A stretch of DNA of 64,000 nt. Origin: Trypanosoma brucei. Taxonomy: Eukaryota. A model generated the notes under the pieces. The model did no database searches. It was not told where the DNA came from and saw only the letters and a list, made by a program, of their open reading frames with translations. Location: the NCBI GenBank assembly GCA_000002445.1, contig CH464491.1, positions 1,664,001 through 1,728,000 of the forward strand, read 5' to 3'. Shown here in pieces: positions 43,540 to 54,103 of the stretch (the first letter of the stretch is position 1; each line of letters begins with the position of its first letter). Both the position numbers and the translations under genes were made by a program.

Positions 43540-43932
43540 CTAGTAAAAGAAGCCGAGTACCTTACCACCAGTGTTACGTGCACGGGCTTCTTCGTGGTCC
43601 ATGATGCCAAGTGATGTCGTGAGCACCACGAAACCAAATTGACGACTCGGGAGGATGTTCTTCACCCATTTCTCGAAGTCACGGGCGGTACAATCGAAGC
43701 GAGGGCAAATGGCACCACACTTGTTTAGACGACCATTGAGGTTCACGACAATCTTCCCCGCACGGTGGTCATCGACAATCTCGAACTCGCCAATGTATCC
43801 GTGTTTTTGCATGACTTGCAAGAACTTCACCACAACCTTCGAGGAGGGTCGGATGAGAACCTGACGCTTGCCGCGGCGCTCTGCGCCCGCAATGCAGCGG
43901 AGCGCATTCGCCAGAACGCTCATCATTGTCAT
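43540..43932 (-). CDS. RPS15A: 40S ribosomal protein S15a (uS8), 130 aa.
   Basis: [70 protein letters not shown]...[31 protein letters not shown] is a near-consensus eukaryotic S15a/S22. Confidence 0.9.
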   Translation of the reverse strand: MTMMSVLANALRCIAGAERRGKRQVLIRPSSKVVVKFLQVMQKHGYIGEFEIVDDHRAGKIVVNLNGRLNKCGAICPRFDCTARDFEKWVKNILPSRQFGFVVLTTSLGIMDHEEARARNTGGKVLGFFY

Positions 43933-44495
43933 CCTTGCGCTTCCTTGGCTCCTTTGTTTGTTTTGATTATTGTGATTGTGTTACCATGCGGTGTCATTCA
44001 TGAAAAGGAGGTGAAGCATGAGGGAAAGAGAGAGAGGTGTAGACGAATTGTCCCTGGTAAAAACAAGGAGTAAACGACAGTAACATAATAATTGTAATCA
44101 CTTTTTAAGGTCCAAAAGGGCAAACCTTCGTGTTCGCACGGAATAGAAGACGATATAATGCGTTGAATTACACACTGATACGCGTGCTCAACATATTGAA
44201 GAACGGGATACTTCAGATTCCACGAGCCGAATGGGAAGCTGATGCCCCAACAGCAGTCGCAGAACCCACCAGCTGGCAGAATCACTACTCCAGCAAATGT
44301 ACCCACTCCCTTGTGTGGAGGGAAAGAACCACAGCATCTGAAGGGGGTAAAAGGAGCGACACACACACACACACCTGCACAAGGTAAGCAACCCCTTTGT
44401 CTCCGCTTCCGCTTCCGCTTTCTCTCCTTCATCTTTTCCAATATTACCCCTTACCTTCACTACTGTTCCCGTTACTCACACAGGGCTACTCTGCG

Positions 44496-45752
44496 TTAGT
44501 CTTTCACCTTTCTCCCCCTTGGGTGATTCGTCTCTTCCTCAAATACAACATCATCGTAATTCTCAATCTTATCAAACTTCCTCTTTTGGCGCTCCTCCCG
44601 AAGGGCCTGCCGCTTTGCTTCTCGTCTCTTTCTTTCTTCCTTTGAGGCAAATAACCTTTCCATTAGGGAGGCACCAGGCACATCCACAATGATGTGCGCC
44701 CTCGCCACCGCTGGCGGATCAGGAAGCTTAAAGAAGTCACGGAACGGCTGCCAACGGAGCAGCAGCGGCTGAAGCAAACCAGCTGTCGAAAGGCCAATCC
44801 AATAGGCAAACATAGCAGCAGGCTGCGAAGAGAAGAAATAAACACCAATGACCGAACCTACGCGCATGCCCCAGCGAACGTATAGGCCGGTTGAACTGCG
44901 GCCGCCGCGCTGCATCATTTGGTTCAGTTCGAAATTCATTAAGAACATGCCTGCACATATCATGGGAAGTCCGTACGTGGGGTCAGGCATCGTCAAGTCA
45001 ACAATCCAAAGAAATGGTGCTCTCTCGAGGTCCGTCTCGTACACAGCCAGGCGACGGACAGAGATAAAAGCAGAGAGAGTCACAGGAGCAGTTATCATCG
45101 ACAAAAAGTTCTTCCATTGTGCGCAGTGATGCTTTTTCATCAGAGCGTACTTCATGCGATTGTACCCCTCCTTAATGACACGTTTCTCCGCCGTGCTAAG
45201 TGAGCGGTCGCTCTTGGCGCGGTTCTGGCAAGTAGCGATCTCCGATAGCTGAGGGTTAATGTGACTTAGGCGGAGGGCATTGCGATGACTTAGCAACGAC
45301 GGGACAAGCGTACACAGTCGCATGAAGATACCATAAAAGAAGAATACGTTCCCCCAACCCCCAAAGTCAAAACCGAATACGCCTTCGTTCCGAAGGTGCC
45401 GCATGATCTCCACTTGCTTCTCAACTGGCTGCAGAAATCCCACAATCCAATCCCAAAAGTCCTCTAGCCGCTCAAAGACGCTCTTCTCAGGACGAATGAA
45501 ATCGTCCACCTCCATCGGCTGCTGAGCGAACACTTCTGGTAATTCTTCTTCGATTTCCTGATGAGATTTGCGCCCTATTGTGTCGGTATTCATCCAACTC
45601 GCTGGGTTCCAGCTGAAACAACGAATAGCCCCTGTCATGGGTGAGGCCAAACCGGTTGCTCGTGGAGCCGCTACAGCGCCGGGCCCCAGTCTACAACCTG
45701 ACACGAGACGGCGCGTGAGCACCCCGCGTGAGACAAAGCGGTGGGCCGACAT
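44496..45752 (-). CDS. Oxa1/YidC/Alb3-family membrane insertase (mitochondrial Oxa1-like), 418 aa.
   Basis: PFLWIVDLTMPDPTYGLPMICAGMFLMNFELN matches the Oxa1/YidC core motif (FLWI.DLS.PDP.YILPI..G..MF.QQK). The N-terminus is arginine-rich and presequence-like (MSAHRFVSRGVLTRRLVSGCRLG). Multiple TM helices. Confidence 0.55.
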   Translation of the reverse strand: MSAHRFVSRGVLTRRLVSGCRLGPGAVAAPRATGLASPMTGAIRCFSWNPASWMNTDTIGRKSHQEIEEELPEVFAQQPMEVDDFIRPEKSVFERLEDFWDWIVGFLQPVEKQVEIMRHLRNEGVFGFDFGGWGNVFFFYGIFMRLCTLVPSLLSHRNALRLSHINPQLSEIATCQNRAKSDRSLSTAEKRVIKEGYNRMKYALMKKHHCAQWKNFLSMITAPVTLSAFISVRRLAVYETDLERAPFLWIVDLTMPDPTYGLPMICAGMFLMNFELNQMMQRGGRSSTGLYVRWGMRVGSVIGVYFFSSQPAAMFAYWIGLSTAGLLQPLLLRWQPFRDFFKLPDPPAVARAHIIVDVPGASLMERLFASKEERKRREAKRQALREERQKRKFDKIENYDDVVFEEETNHPRGRKVKD

Positions 45753-46355
45753 GCCTCACTTGCATGAACTAACAAATGAACGAAAAGACTGCAGAAGTAA
45801 ATAAATAATGAAGAATATCGACAAGGTTTGCGTGGAATGATAGTAATAACAATAAAAGCGGCAACAATAACAATGAATATGTGTCCACTGTTAAGGACGG
45901 AACCGCCCCCTCACTAGCTGTATACAGACTTAAACGAAGAGAGAAACACAAAGAACAAGTCTGACAAATTTGAAAGGGGGATAAGTGGGCGAAAAAAAAA
46001 AGCCGAGCTTTCCAAACTGTCACCTCCATAAAAATCATCCTTTCCCGTACCCCAGACATTAAAGTACCTGTTTGGTTTAGCCTCTCTCGTAACAACTTTC
46101 TTAACGAAACAAATGGAAAATGGAGAAAACAAAAAAATTAAAATTATATATTAGGTCGCCTTGAAGCAAGCATTTATGCCGAATTCAAGGTGAATAGTGG
46201 GAAAAGAAGAACACGTCGAGGAGGGGAAAATCCCGACAACTATCGCCACCTTCCAGCTATTTTTTGTTCTCCCATCACTGTACACACGAGTATGTTTTTA
46301 CCACGGGTGTGCAAACATTGAGCATCCTCCAACTAAAATGAAGTTCAGCGGACTT

Positions 46356-48452
46356 TTAAGCTTTACCTGCGTTCGCCAGCGACTCCCTAGTAGATTCATA
46401 GAGCTTCATGACAAGACCAATAGCAATGGTCTTACCGTCTTCACGCAACATGAAACGACCCATTTTGTCAAAATCCTTGTGGGGCTCGAGCACGAGCGCG
46501 CGCTCCAACTCCATTCGAGCGATCACAACATCTCCAGCCTTCACGTGTGTGGGGTCCTTCTGCACAACCTCACCCGTTTTTTTATCCACTTTAGCCAGAA
46601 GTTTGTGGAAAGAAACCTCCTCCTGTGCCGCGTGAGCGTGCAACATGACACGCGATCCAGCACATATAATATTTTTCACGTCCAGTATCACCACACGGGC
46701 CTGGAAGTACTCAACAGCGCGAAGTGACGTCGGAACCGATGTACCCACGTAGCCAGCGTGAACGTCGCCTTCATCCACGCCGCGAACGCGAAGGTGGACG
46801 TTGTCTCCGGGATAACATTTCTCAAACTCTGTCGCCTCAATTGAAATGCCTTCAACAACCGCCTCCTGTTTGCTTGGAAGTATCTGAATCTTTTCCCCAA
46901 CAGCCACGGAGCCAGACTCTACCTTGCCATACACAAAAACGCGACCCTCATCCTTGTATGACCCAACAAGTGGAATACAAAGGACATCGTTTTCGCTTTT
47001 CGTCTCTGGTAAAACAAGCTCGTCGATGAAGCTCATCATTGTTGGTCCTTTGTACCACGGACAGACGCCTTCTGCTGTTTCGCGGATGAGATTGTCACCC
47101 GTAAGGCCAGCAATCGGAATAAATATGAGGTTTTTGGCCTTCTCTTCATCATAACCGTTCTGACGAAGGAAGGGTTTTAGCTTCCCCAGTATGGCATCGT
47201 AACGCTCCTTGCTCCAGTTGACCTCGTCCATTTTGTTGATAACACAGATCATTTGCTTCACGCCACACGTACGGACAAGCATAGCATGTTCGCGGGTCTG
47301 GCCACCTTTCTCAAAACCTGTCTCGAACTCACCAGTACGACTGGAGATGACCAGCACACACACATCTGCCTGGGTTGCACCTCCAATCATTGACGGTACA
47401 AACGCTTTGTGGCCGGGGGCATCGAGAACCGTTATCCGGCGCTTCTCTGTTTCAACATACGCAGCTCCGGTTTCACGCGTGATTCCTTTCGTTCGCTCAT
47501 CTTCCGAAACGTCCATCACATACGCGTACTCCCAACCTTCACGGTGGTGCACCTCCGCCTCACGCCGCAGTTTCTCCATTTCACGCTGGTCCACCAGCCC
47601 CTTCTCCATCAAAAGATGTCCAGAGATGGTCGATTTACCCGCGTCCACGTGACCACAGAAAACAATGTTGAAGTGTGGACGAGGGTCCCTAACAAATTCC
47701 TTTTTATTTTGCTCACGTTGCTTGGCAATCTCGCAACGCACTTGCTCACGAAGTTCCTCCGGGGTCAGCTTCGCAGAACCCTTCTTGTCGTCAGCCGTTG
47801 TCGTGGTTGTGTTTCCGGCGTTATCCTTCGGTTGGCTATCGCTCTTTGCGTTGCCCTCTTTGGGTTTGGTTTCTTCTACCTTCTTCTTACTGAGAGAAAG
47901 AGTACCTGCCTTTGCCTTCTTGGCCGGTGGAACAAACTCGGAGGCACCGCCACCCAGAGACAGCTTTGATGTCTGGGCGGAAGAGGTCTTCGGTTGCTCT
48001 TCCGGCTCGACCTGTTGAGGGGGATTAACATAACCTTGAGTGGGAGCGCCTCCCTGCCCAGTACCTTGGCCTGCGCGGTCGTATTGTTGTGATTGGAACC
48101 GCTGTTGATTATGCACTGCGTTGTAACCGCCTCGTTGCTGGTTGTATACCGGAGTATAACCGCCCTGTTGACCGCCATAACCTTGATTATACCCTCCCAT
48201 CTGATGATTGTAACCAGGGACGTATCCGCCCTGTTGTTGGTATGAAGGATTGTAGCCACCTTGTTGACTGACAAAAGCCGGGTTGTACACCGCTTGCTGC
48301 TGTTGTTGATAAGGCGACTGGTAGTAGTAACCCTGCTGTGGCGCACCACCGGCGTGTCCCTGGTGCTGCTGTGGGTATTGACCCTGTGGGTGTGACGGTG
48401 TGAAGGCGTTCGCGTTGGGGTTAAACCCCCCTGGTTGTGCCCAACCTGACAT
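46356..48452 (-). CDS. ERF3: Eukaryotic release factor 3 (eRF3/GSPT), 698 aa. It has a Q/G/Y-rich N-domain plus an EF-Tu-like GTPase and beta-barrel domains.
   Basis: GTPase motifs GHVDAGKST (G1), DAPGH (G3) and NKMD (G4), followed by eEF1A-like domains II/III. The N-terminal 150 aa are Q/G/Y/N-rich imperfect repeats (QQGGYNPSYQQQGGYVPGYNHQMGGYNQGYGGQQGGYTPVYNQQRGGY). Confidence 0.9.
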   Translation of the reverse strand: MSGWAQPGGFNPNANAFTPSHPQGQYPQQHQGHAGGAPQQGYYYQSPYQQQQQAVYNPAFVSQQGGYNPSYQQQGGYVPGYNHQMGGYNQGYGGQQGGYTPVYNQQRGGYNAVHNQQRFQSQQYDRAGQGTGQGGAPTQGYVNPPQQVEPEEQPKTSSAQTSKLSLGGGASEFVPPAKKAKAGTLSLSKKKVEETKPKEGNAKSDSQPKDNAGNTTTTTADDKKGSAKLTPEELREQVRCEIAKQREQNKKEFVRDPRPHFNIVFCGHVDAGKSTISGHLLMEKGLVDQREMEKLRREAEVHHREGWEYAYVMDVSEDERTKGITRETGAAYVETEKRRITVLDAPGHKAFVPSMIGGATQADVCVLVISSRTGEFETGFEKGGQTREHAMLVRTCGVKQMICVINKMDEVNWSKERYDAILGKLKPFLRQNGYDEEKAKNLIFIPIAGLTGDNLIRETAEGVCPWYKGPTMMSFIDELVLPETKSENDVLCIPLVGSYKDEGRVFVYGKVESGSVAVGEKIQILPSKQEAVVEGISIEATEFEKCYPGDNVHLRVRGVDEGDVHAGYVGTSVPTSLRAVEYFQARVVILDVKNIICAGSRVMLHAHAAQEEVSFHKLLAKVDKKTGEVVQKDPTHVKAGDVVIARMELERALVLEPHKDFDKMGRFMLREDGKTIAIGLVMKLYESTRESLANAGKA

Positions 48453-49379
48453 CTCCTTTTAAACTTGCGCTCGAAAAATAAGACTTTCTACAAAAAAAAA
48501 ATGAAATAAAGTTGAACTGACCGTTGGGCACTTCAGTATCTAAAATTTTGTTTGAGGTACGTAAGTAGTCAACGCCATATTACCACACCCACGGAACCTA
48601 ACCAAGCGTGTTTTATAGTGCAGTTAAGGGCATTTCCCACCATCGCTCAGTCTCCCCCAGAACCGGCTTTTTCGCCCTAAATCACACCAATCAAAAAATG
48701 AAGGGGCGTAAGAGGGAAGAGCTACAAAAATTTAACCCAACGGGAAGCACACACACTTTCATACACGGAAGCTGGTAAGAAAAGCGGCGATAATTATTTG
48801 GAAAGAAAACAGAACGTAAAGTGGCAAAGAGCAGAGCATGCTTCAAACGTATACTCATTGGGGTCATTTATGCGAGGGTGGTGAGCGCACCCCTTTCAGG
48901 CCCGTTTTCATTCACAGTAGTGTGTTCTTCAGCACAAACAACAATGCCAAGAGGTTGAAAACGGACGAGGCATGCGTGAAAATTCAAGTATTTAATATGT
49001 CATCATTCTCCCATCGAATGCGCATATATATATATATACGTCTCACAGTAACCTGGTTCAAATACAACGGTGAGTACAAAACAAAAACTGGGGAAGCTCT
49101 TCAGTGTCTAACCACAGTTATTAGATGTCGTTCGTAACAACGGTACACGTCCCTCTTCTCATCCTCCTTAAACCATATTAGCACGTGAGTGGAAAGTAAC
49201 ACCTCAAGAGAAGTGGTGGTCGATGGAGAGCCGGATTTGTGGTTCGTCCTTCAAGTACAGACACGTCCGTACAAATATATGCAACCCGGCGACAAACAAA
49301 CACCGCACAGGTGCAAAGGCACACAAACATGTTTTCCTTTGAGTGCCATGTGTGCCTGCTCGTGAGCGAGCCACGCCTT

Positions 49380-52300
49380 CTACTGCAGAAACTTGAGGTT
49401 ATTAATATGTTGAATTGCCGAAAAGTGCTTAGTGGCGAGCTCTTTCCACATTTCCCTTGAGCGTTGTGATCCTAAACAATTGATATACTCCGATAGAAGA
49501 CCAACCACATCTGGGGGTAAAGAACCTGTCTGCAAGGCTTGGAATAGCTCCATAGCTGCCTTTGCTATGGCTGAACGGCGTTGGGCGTTTGCTACCTGCT
49601 GAATGGTCGTGCGCAACTTCTGCGCTAAGTCCCGATGTTCTGGGTTCAGCGACGAAATTTCAAACGACGACAAACCAAAATCATCCGCCGGTCGACCACC
49701 TGCGGCTGCAAACCGAGGTGGGGCGCCAGGGTTCGCGACCGGAGCGTACGCCACGCCGCCTACCCGTGGAGCTGTCACCACAGGGGGTGCGGTACCAACT
49801 GCAGTGGAAGGAATCCCGGGGGGAGGAGGAGCAACAGAACTGGGCGCTGTCATCGATGCTGCCTGAGGGGGTTGGTTTGTCACACTCTGGGGGTTCATGT
49901 TCCAGTTGGCATTTGAGCCGTCACTGGGCATACGTGGTGGTGGAAGCCCACCCGAGGTCATCGACGGTGGTGCCGACCCTGGTGGTGCCACCATCATATT
50001 CCCAACCCGCGGAGCTGACGGCTCCGGCGACGGGGAACTTTTACCCGTCCGATGCAAACTTCCTGTTGGAGGTGCACCAAAAGTCGATGTCGGGTTGGTG
50101 TCTAATCCTGATGGCGCCCTAGGAGGTAGAGGCATTCCACGTGGACCTGACGGTGGCTGCGCAGGAGTAGGAAATTGCTGAGGTGGTGCTAAAGGAGTTC
50201 CGATGACCTGCTGCGACGGCAGTGATGGAACGACCGTCGGTTGTGCTGGCGCGTGGAGCCCTTGTACAGATGTTACTGACGACCCACATGACGGCGGGGG
50301 TATCATTGGCATAGAACGTTGGGGATCCATATGGTTCGGCGGGCGTGGGGGGGCGGAAGTGGGAACCGGACCTTGCAATTCCTGACTCGGCAGATTTTGA
50401 GGAGGAGCACCACAGTAACCGCTCATCGTCGCAGTGGCAGGGGGGTGGTTTGTTACCACACCTCCTCCAACAGACCCCAAAGAAGACCAGGAAGAAATGG
50501 GATGAGGCATCAGTCTGGGTACCGGTGCAGCGGAGTTCGCCGTTACCGCCGGTCCCGGTTGTTGGGCGATGATCCCTGGTGCCGGCGCCTGTTGCTGCTG
50601 CCCACCGTACATATTGGGTTGCACAGCTGATGGAGGTTGTTGCTGCTGCCCACCGTACATATTGGGTTGCACAGCTGATGGAGGTTGTTGCTGCTGCTGT
50701 TGTTGTGTCGGTGGCGGCATCGTGGCTCCCATACGTTGCTGCTGGTACTGGGGTTGCACAACTGATGGAGGTTGTTGCTGCTGCCCACCGTACATATTGG
50801 GTTGCACAGCTGATGGAGGCTGTTGCTGCTGCTGTTGTTGTGTCGGTGGCGGCATCGTGGCTCCCATACGTTGCTGCTGGTACTGGGGTTGCACAGCTGA
50901 TGGAGGTTGTTGCTGCTGCTGTTGTTGCTGCCCGTTACCCTTGTTAGCCAAAAACTCCAAGCACGACTGACTTAGTGAATCCGAAAGAGGAGTCGCAACA
51001 AACGGGAAGGTGATCTGTCCACACGGAACTTCGAACCTCATCCGGTCTACCATAATTGCGGCGTTGCGATTGCCGACGTTAGCGGACCGCTGAAAAATTG
51101 GCATCGCCTTCGTAAGCAACCCCTTCCCCAACAACCCCAGCCCATATTCATACAAGTAATCCCCAAAGAACGTTGATGTAACCTTCCGCCCCGTCACTTC
51201 CTCAAGAAGAAGTACCTCCTGCACCAGCTTCTCTACAGGCATATTTTCCTCGTGCCACAGTTCCGCAACTGCATCCACATTTCCACTGCAAATAAAACAG
51301 GTCATAGCACTCTCCCTGTTACCCGCTTCCTTGAGGGCAAGTGCCAACTTGTCGCAAGCCTCCGAAAATCTTTCCCCTACAAATGATATTATAACGGAAA
51401 GAGCCTCCTTCCACAACGCGTTCCCACCGACCATCAACGAGCGAAAATCTCCTGCGGCGACTGCAGACGCATACACGATATGCCGTTTCCCCTGAGAATT
51501 CATTAAAATATGCCTGGTATATTCCTGCTGCACTCGCTGCATCAGCTTCCCTCCTTGCAAATAGGCAATAGCAAAGGCATCACCAAACTCGCATTCGTCC
51601 AAACATGCCTCAACCGCCTCATTGATGCGGCCTGCTGCTACATGTGAAGCAGCAATATCTTCTAATGATTTTTGTGTGCCCTGCATCGTCTCAAATGGGT
51701 CCTCCGTGTCCTCAGTTGGTGCGTCCTCGGCGAGGTAGGAAAGGATGGGGGTACGATCGTTTTTGCACGCTGCTGCAGCGGCCAAAAGTGGATATTGGTG
51801 CGCCTTTAGCCACTCTACACGCTCCACAGAGGCGGGTGGTAGTCGAGAAATCTCAGCGACAGGATCCCCACCGCTCATCCCTGACGGATCGGATGCGTTG
51901 TTTGTGACGATACGTGTAAGTCTGACAGCGTTTGCGGAGTGAGAAGACACCGACGCTACGAGCCCACTTATGCCAATAGAAGCCCCACATGGGCGCTGCA
52001 AAGACTTTTGTACCGATGCACCAGGGGCAGGGGCAGAAGACACATCCTCAGCCGTTGATACACAAAACAACGGCTCAAAGGATGACGTCGCCAGGACCAC
52101 CGGAAGTGCTCGAGACCACTTCATGTCAACCATATAGCCGTTTTGCTGTTGCAGTGCGCCATTCCGCTCTCCAGTCGAGGGGTCCCACCATAGTGTCTTC
52201 CCGTCCGCATCACATGACGCGAGAATCGCGTGGTCTGTCATATTCCACGCAAGTCCAGTTACAGCATTCTCGTGACCCAGCATCTCGCGAAGAGGCATCA

Positions 52301-53075
52301 TTGCTTTTTTTAAATCCCAAATTTGTATGGCAGGATGTTTTTCGTCGAGTCCGACAGCAATTTGAGTCGCCATAGATGGATGCCAAGCAATAATGTTTCC
52401 AGATGATCCCGATTTCCCACTCTTGGATACATGCAGCGACACTGCTAGGGTCTGTGTCTTCAGGTTCCACACATTGACAACGCCGTTAGCAACGGAAGTG
52501 GCTAAAATGTGAGGCCACTTCGGGTTCCACTGAAGGTGTGTAATGCCAGCCGGTTGAGCAGAGTCAGGCATAATAGGAACACGCTGCGGCTCTCGTGGGT
52601 TTTCCAACATCCATACATCCCATGCCCCGTCGTCGCCACCGATAGCAAGAAATGTGGGTTGGGACGGGTTGAATTGGCAACCACGGACGGCGCCGCGGTG
52701 CTCAGCAATAACAGAAAGTCGTGGTTCTTCCGTGTTACGGTCAGGATTGATTCCATAGTTTTTCATCATGATAGACGCATCGTACACGTACACGGCTCCA
52801 TCTTCACAAGAAACAGCAATGATGCCTCGTTCCCCGCCGTGTGGACTCCAGTCAACACGGAGAGCGTGTGCCGGAATCACCGTACGACCCAAAACGGGCA
52901 TCTCTGTCTCATCCGTCTGCGTGACATCAACCAACCGTATCTCGAGAAAGGCCTCACCAGAAAAGTTGTCATCAATTGCTCCGGCAACGGACGCCGCGGC
53001 GAGAAACGTTGGTGTTCCCAGAACCTCCGGTGCCCACGCAAAAACGCAGGTCAGGGGTGTGGCCTTTAAGCGCAT
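49380..53075 (-). CDS. SEC31: COPII outer-coat subunit Sec31, 1231 aa. It has an N-terminal WD40 propeller, an alpha-solenoid, and a Pro/Gln-rich disordered region with tandem repeats.
   Basis: The N-terminus (MRLKATPLTCVFAWAPE...AIDDNFSGEAFLEIRLV) parallels the Sec31 start. WD repeats run through residue ~340 (LAWNMTDHAILASCDADGKTLWWD, etc.). The central region is helical. A long P/Q/S-rich segment follows, then a conserved C-terminal helical tail. Confidence 0.85.
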   Translation of the reverse strand: MRLKATPLTCVFAWAPEVLGTPTFLAAASVAGAIDDNFSGEAFLEIRLVDVTQTDETEMPVLGRTVIPAHALRVDWSPHGGERGIIAVSCEDGAVYVYDASIMMKNYGINPDRNTEEPRLSVIAEHRGAVRGCQFNPSQPTFLAIGGDDGAWDVWMLENPREPQRVPIMPDSAQPAGITHLQWNPKWPHILATSVANGVVNVWNLKTQTLAVSLHVSKSGKSGSSGNIIAWHPSMATQIAVGLDEKHPAIQIWDLKKAMMPLREMLGHENAVTGLAWNMTDHAILASCDADGKTLWWDPSTGERNGALQQQNGYMVDMKWSRALPVVLATSSFEPLFCVSTAEDVSSAPAPGASVQKSLQRPCGASIGISGLVASVSSHSANAVRLTRIVTNNASDPSGMSGGDPVAEISRLPPASVERVEWLKAHQYPLLAAAAACKNDRTPILSYLAEDAPTEDTEDPFETMQGTQKSLEDIAASHVAAGRINEAVEACLDECEFGDAFAIAYLQGGKLMQRVQQEYTRHILMNSQGKRHIVYASAVAAGDFRSLMVGGNALWKEALSVIISFVGERFSEACDKLALALKEAGNRESAMTCFICSGNVDAVAELWHEENMPVEKLVQEVLLLEEVTGRKVTSTFFGDYLYEYGLGLLGKGLLTKAMPIFQRSANVGNRNAAIMVDRMRFEVPCGQITFPFVATPLSDSLSQSCLEFLANKGNGQQQQQQQQPPSAVQPQYQQQRMGATMPPPTQQQQQQQPPSAVQPNMYGGQQQQPPSVVQPQYQQQRMGATMPPPTQQQQQQQPPSAVQPNMYGGQQQQPPSAVQPNMYGGQQQQAPAPGIIAQQPGPAVTANSAAPVPRLMPHPISSWSSLGSVGGGVVTNHPPATATMSGYCGAPPQNLPSQELQGPVPTSAPPRPPNHMDPQRSMPMIPPPSCGSSVTSVQGLHAPAQPTVVPSLPSQQVIGTPLAPPQQFPTPAQPPSGPRGMPLPPRAPSGLDTNPTSTFGAPPTGSLHRTGKSSPSPEPSAPRVGNMMVAPPGSAPPSMTSGGLPPPRMPSDGSNANWNMNPQSVTNQPPQAASMTAPSSVAPPPPGIPSTAVGTAPPVVTAPRVGGVAYAPVANPGAPPRFAAAGGRPADDFGLSSFEISSLNPEHRDLAQKLRTTIQQVANAQRRSAIAKAAMELFQALQTGSLPPDVVGLLSEYINCLGSQRSREMWKELATKHFSAIQHINNLKFLQ
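50580..50935. repeat. Nested in-frame tandem repeats inside Sec31: a 135-bp unit (45 aa) x2 containing and followed by a 48-bp unit (16 aa, PPSAVQPNMYGGQQQQ) x4-5.
   Basis: The motif tgtcggtggcggcatcgtggctcccatacg recurs at 50706 and 50841 (135-bp period). The motif ttgctgctgcccaccgtacatattgggttgcacagctgatggagg recurs at 48-bp spacing. The plus-strand CCCC-rich ORFs at 50569-50970 are the antisense of the CAG/CAA codons. Confidence 0.85.
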
Positions 53076-54103
53076 CGCTCCACGTCAGTAGTCAGCACCC
53101 TTAACCTTATGTCAATTCTCTTAACACTCTCACAGTCTTACTCTTTCTTTATTACGTGCTGGTTTACTTGACTCTATTTGTCGAAAACTGTCTCAGGCAC
53201 GTCCTTCCTTTTTGTCCTTCAAGTGCGCTCTTCTTTTCGTCCTCTGCTCTGTTAGTTCAGTTTGGTATTATGAAATGCTATCAAGTGCGCCGCGCGTCTC
53301 CCTATAGTATTGCTTTAAATACAACCACCTACTGGCACATTAAAGAAAAATTCAACGGGGGAAAATGTCAACGACAGGAACAAAAAATAGAAATGTGGGG
53401 CGACTAGCGAAAAGAAGGTAAACAAGAGGTCAATTGGGGAAATTTTACACGGAGCAAGGACGCCTAGGACAAAACAGAGAACCAGGACGCAACCATAACG
53501 GACGTCGCAATGTGTACAGACCAAAAGGAGTAGAAAATTTGCACTGATTCTTCACTGCTACAACACTCACTCTCACGCCTGTCCCGGACAAAGCGTCCGT
53601 ACAAACAAGTAACAAACGTCGGCCTTCAGTGCATCAATTTAGAATGATGATTATGCCTGAGTGCACGGTAACTGAAGCCGCCGCATGACACCAGCTTCTA
53701 GAAGAGGCTAAGTAGCGATCCGTCGGCAGTAGGCAAAGTGGCGTCTGCTTGGCTTCCCTAAACCGTGGCACAAACCGTCCCAACACGCCGTCCCCCATGC
53801 CCCTTACAGTGCAGGAAACGTTGTGAGCCGCTCTAACAAAAAAGCCGTGTTCTGAATCGCAAGAGCTCACGAGGCAACACAAGCACTCCCACATGGCAAC
53901 TAGATGGCAACATCAGGTACACAAAGAGTAATCAGTCCTCCCTCCCATAATGACTGCAGCCTCGTAAACCGCTCAAAGGCTGTATATACTGGCTAACGAG
54001 CTATTCAAGCCCTACCAAAAGAACAAGAACAAAGATATAAAAGGAAACATGACAAGCAACGTATCTTGATGGTTAGCAATAGAATACACACTTGCACAGC
54101 ACC

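Noticed and set aside
50319-50970. Plus-strand ORFs rich in CCCC/GGG (103-133 aa) overlapping Sec31.
   Set aside because: They are the antisense translation of the CAG/CAA-rich Gln/Pro repeats of Sec31. They have no independent support.
53640-53690. A C/D-box-like arrangement (atgatga … ctga … ctga) on the plus strand in the Sec31-RPL28 spacer.
   Set aside because: Its orientation is opposite to the transcription unit. There is no obvious guide complementarity or terminal stem, and such short motifs occur by chance. A snoRNA covariance search would be needed before calling it.
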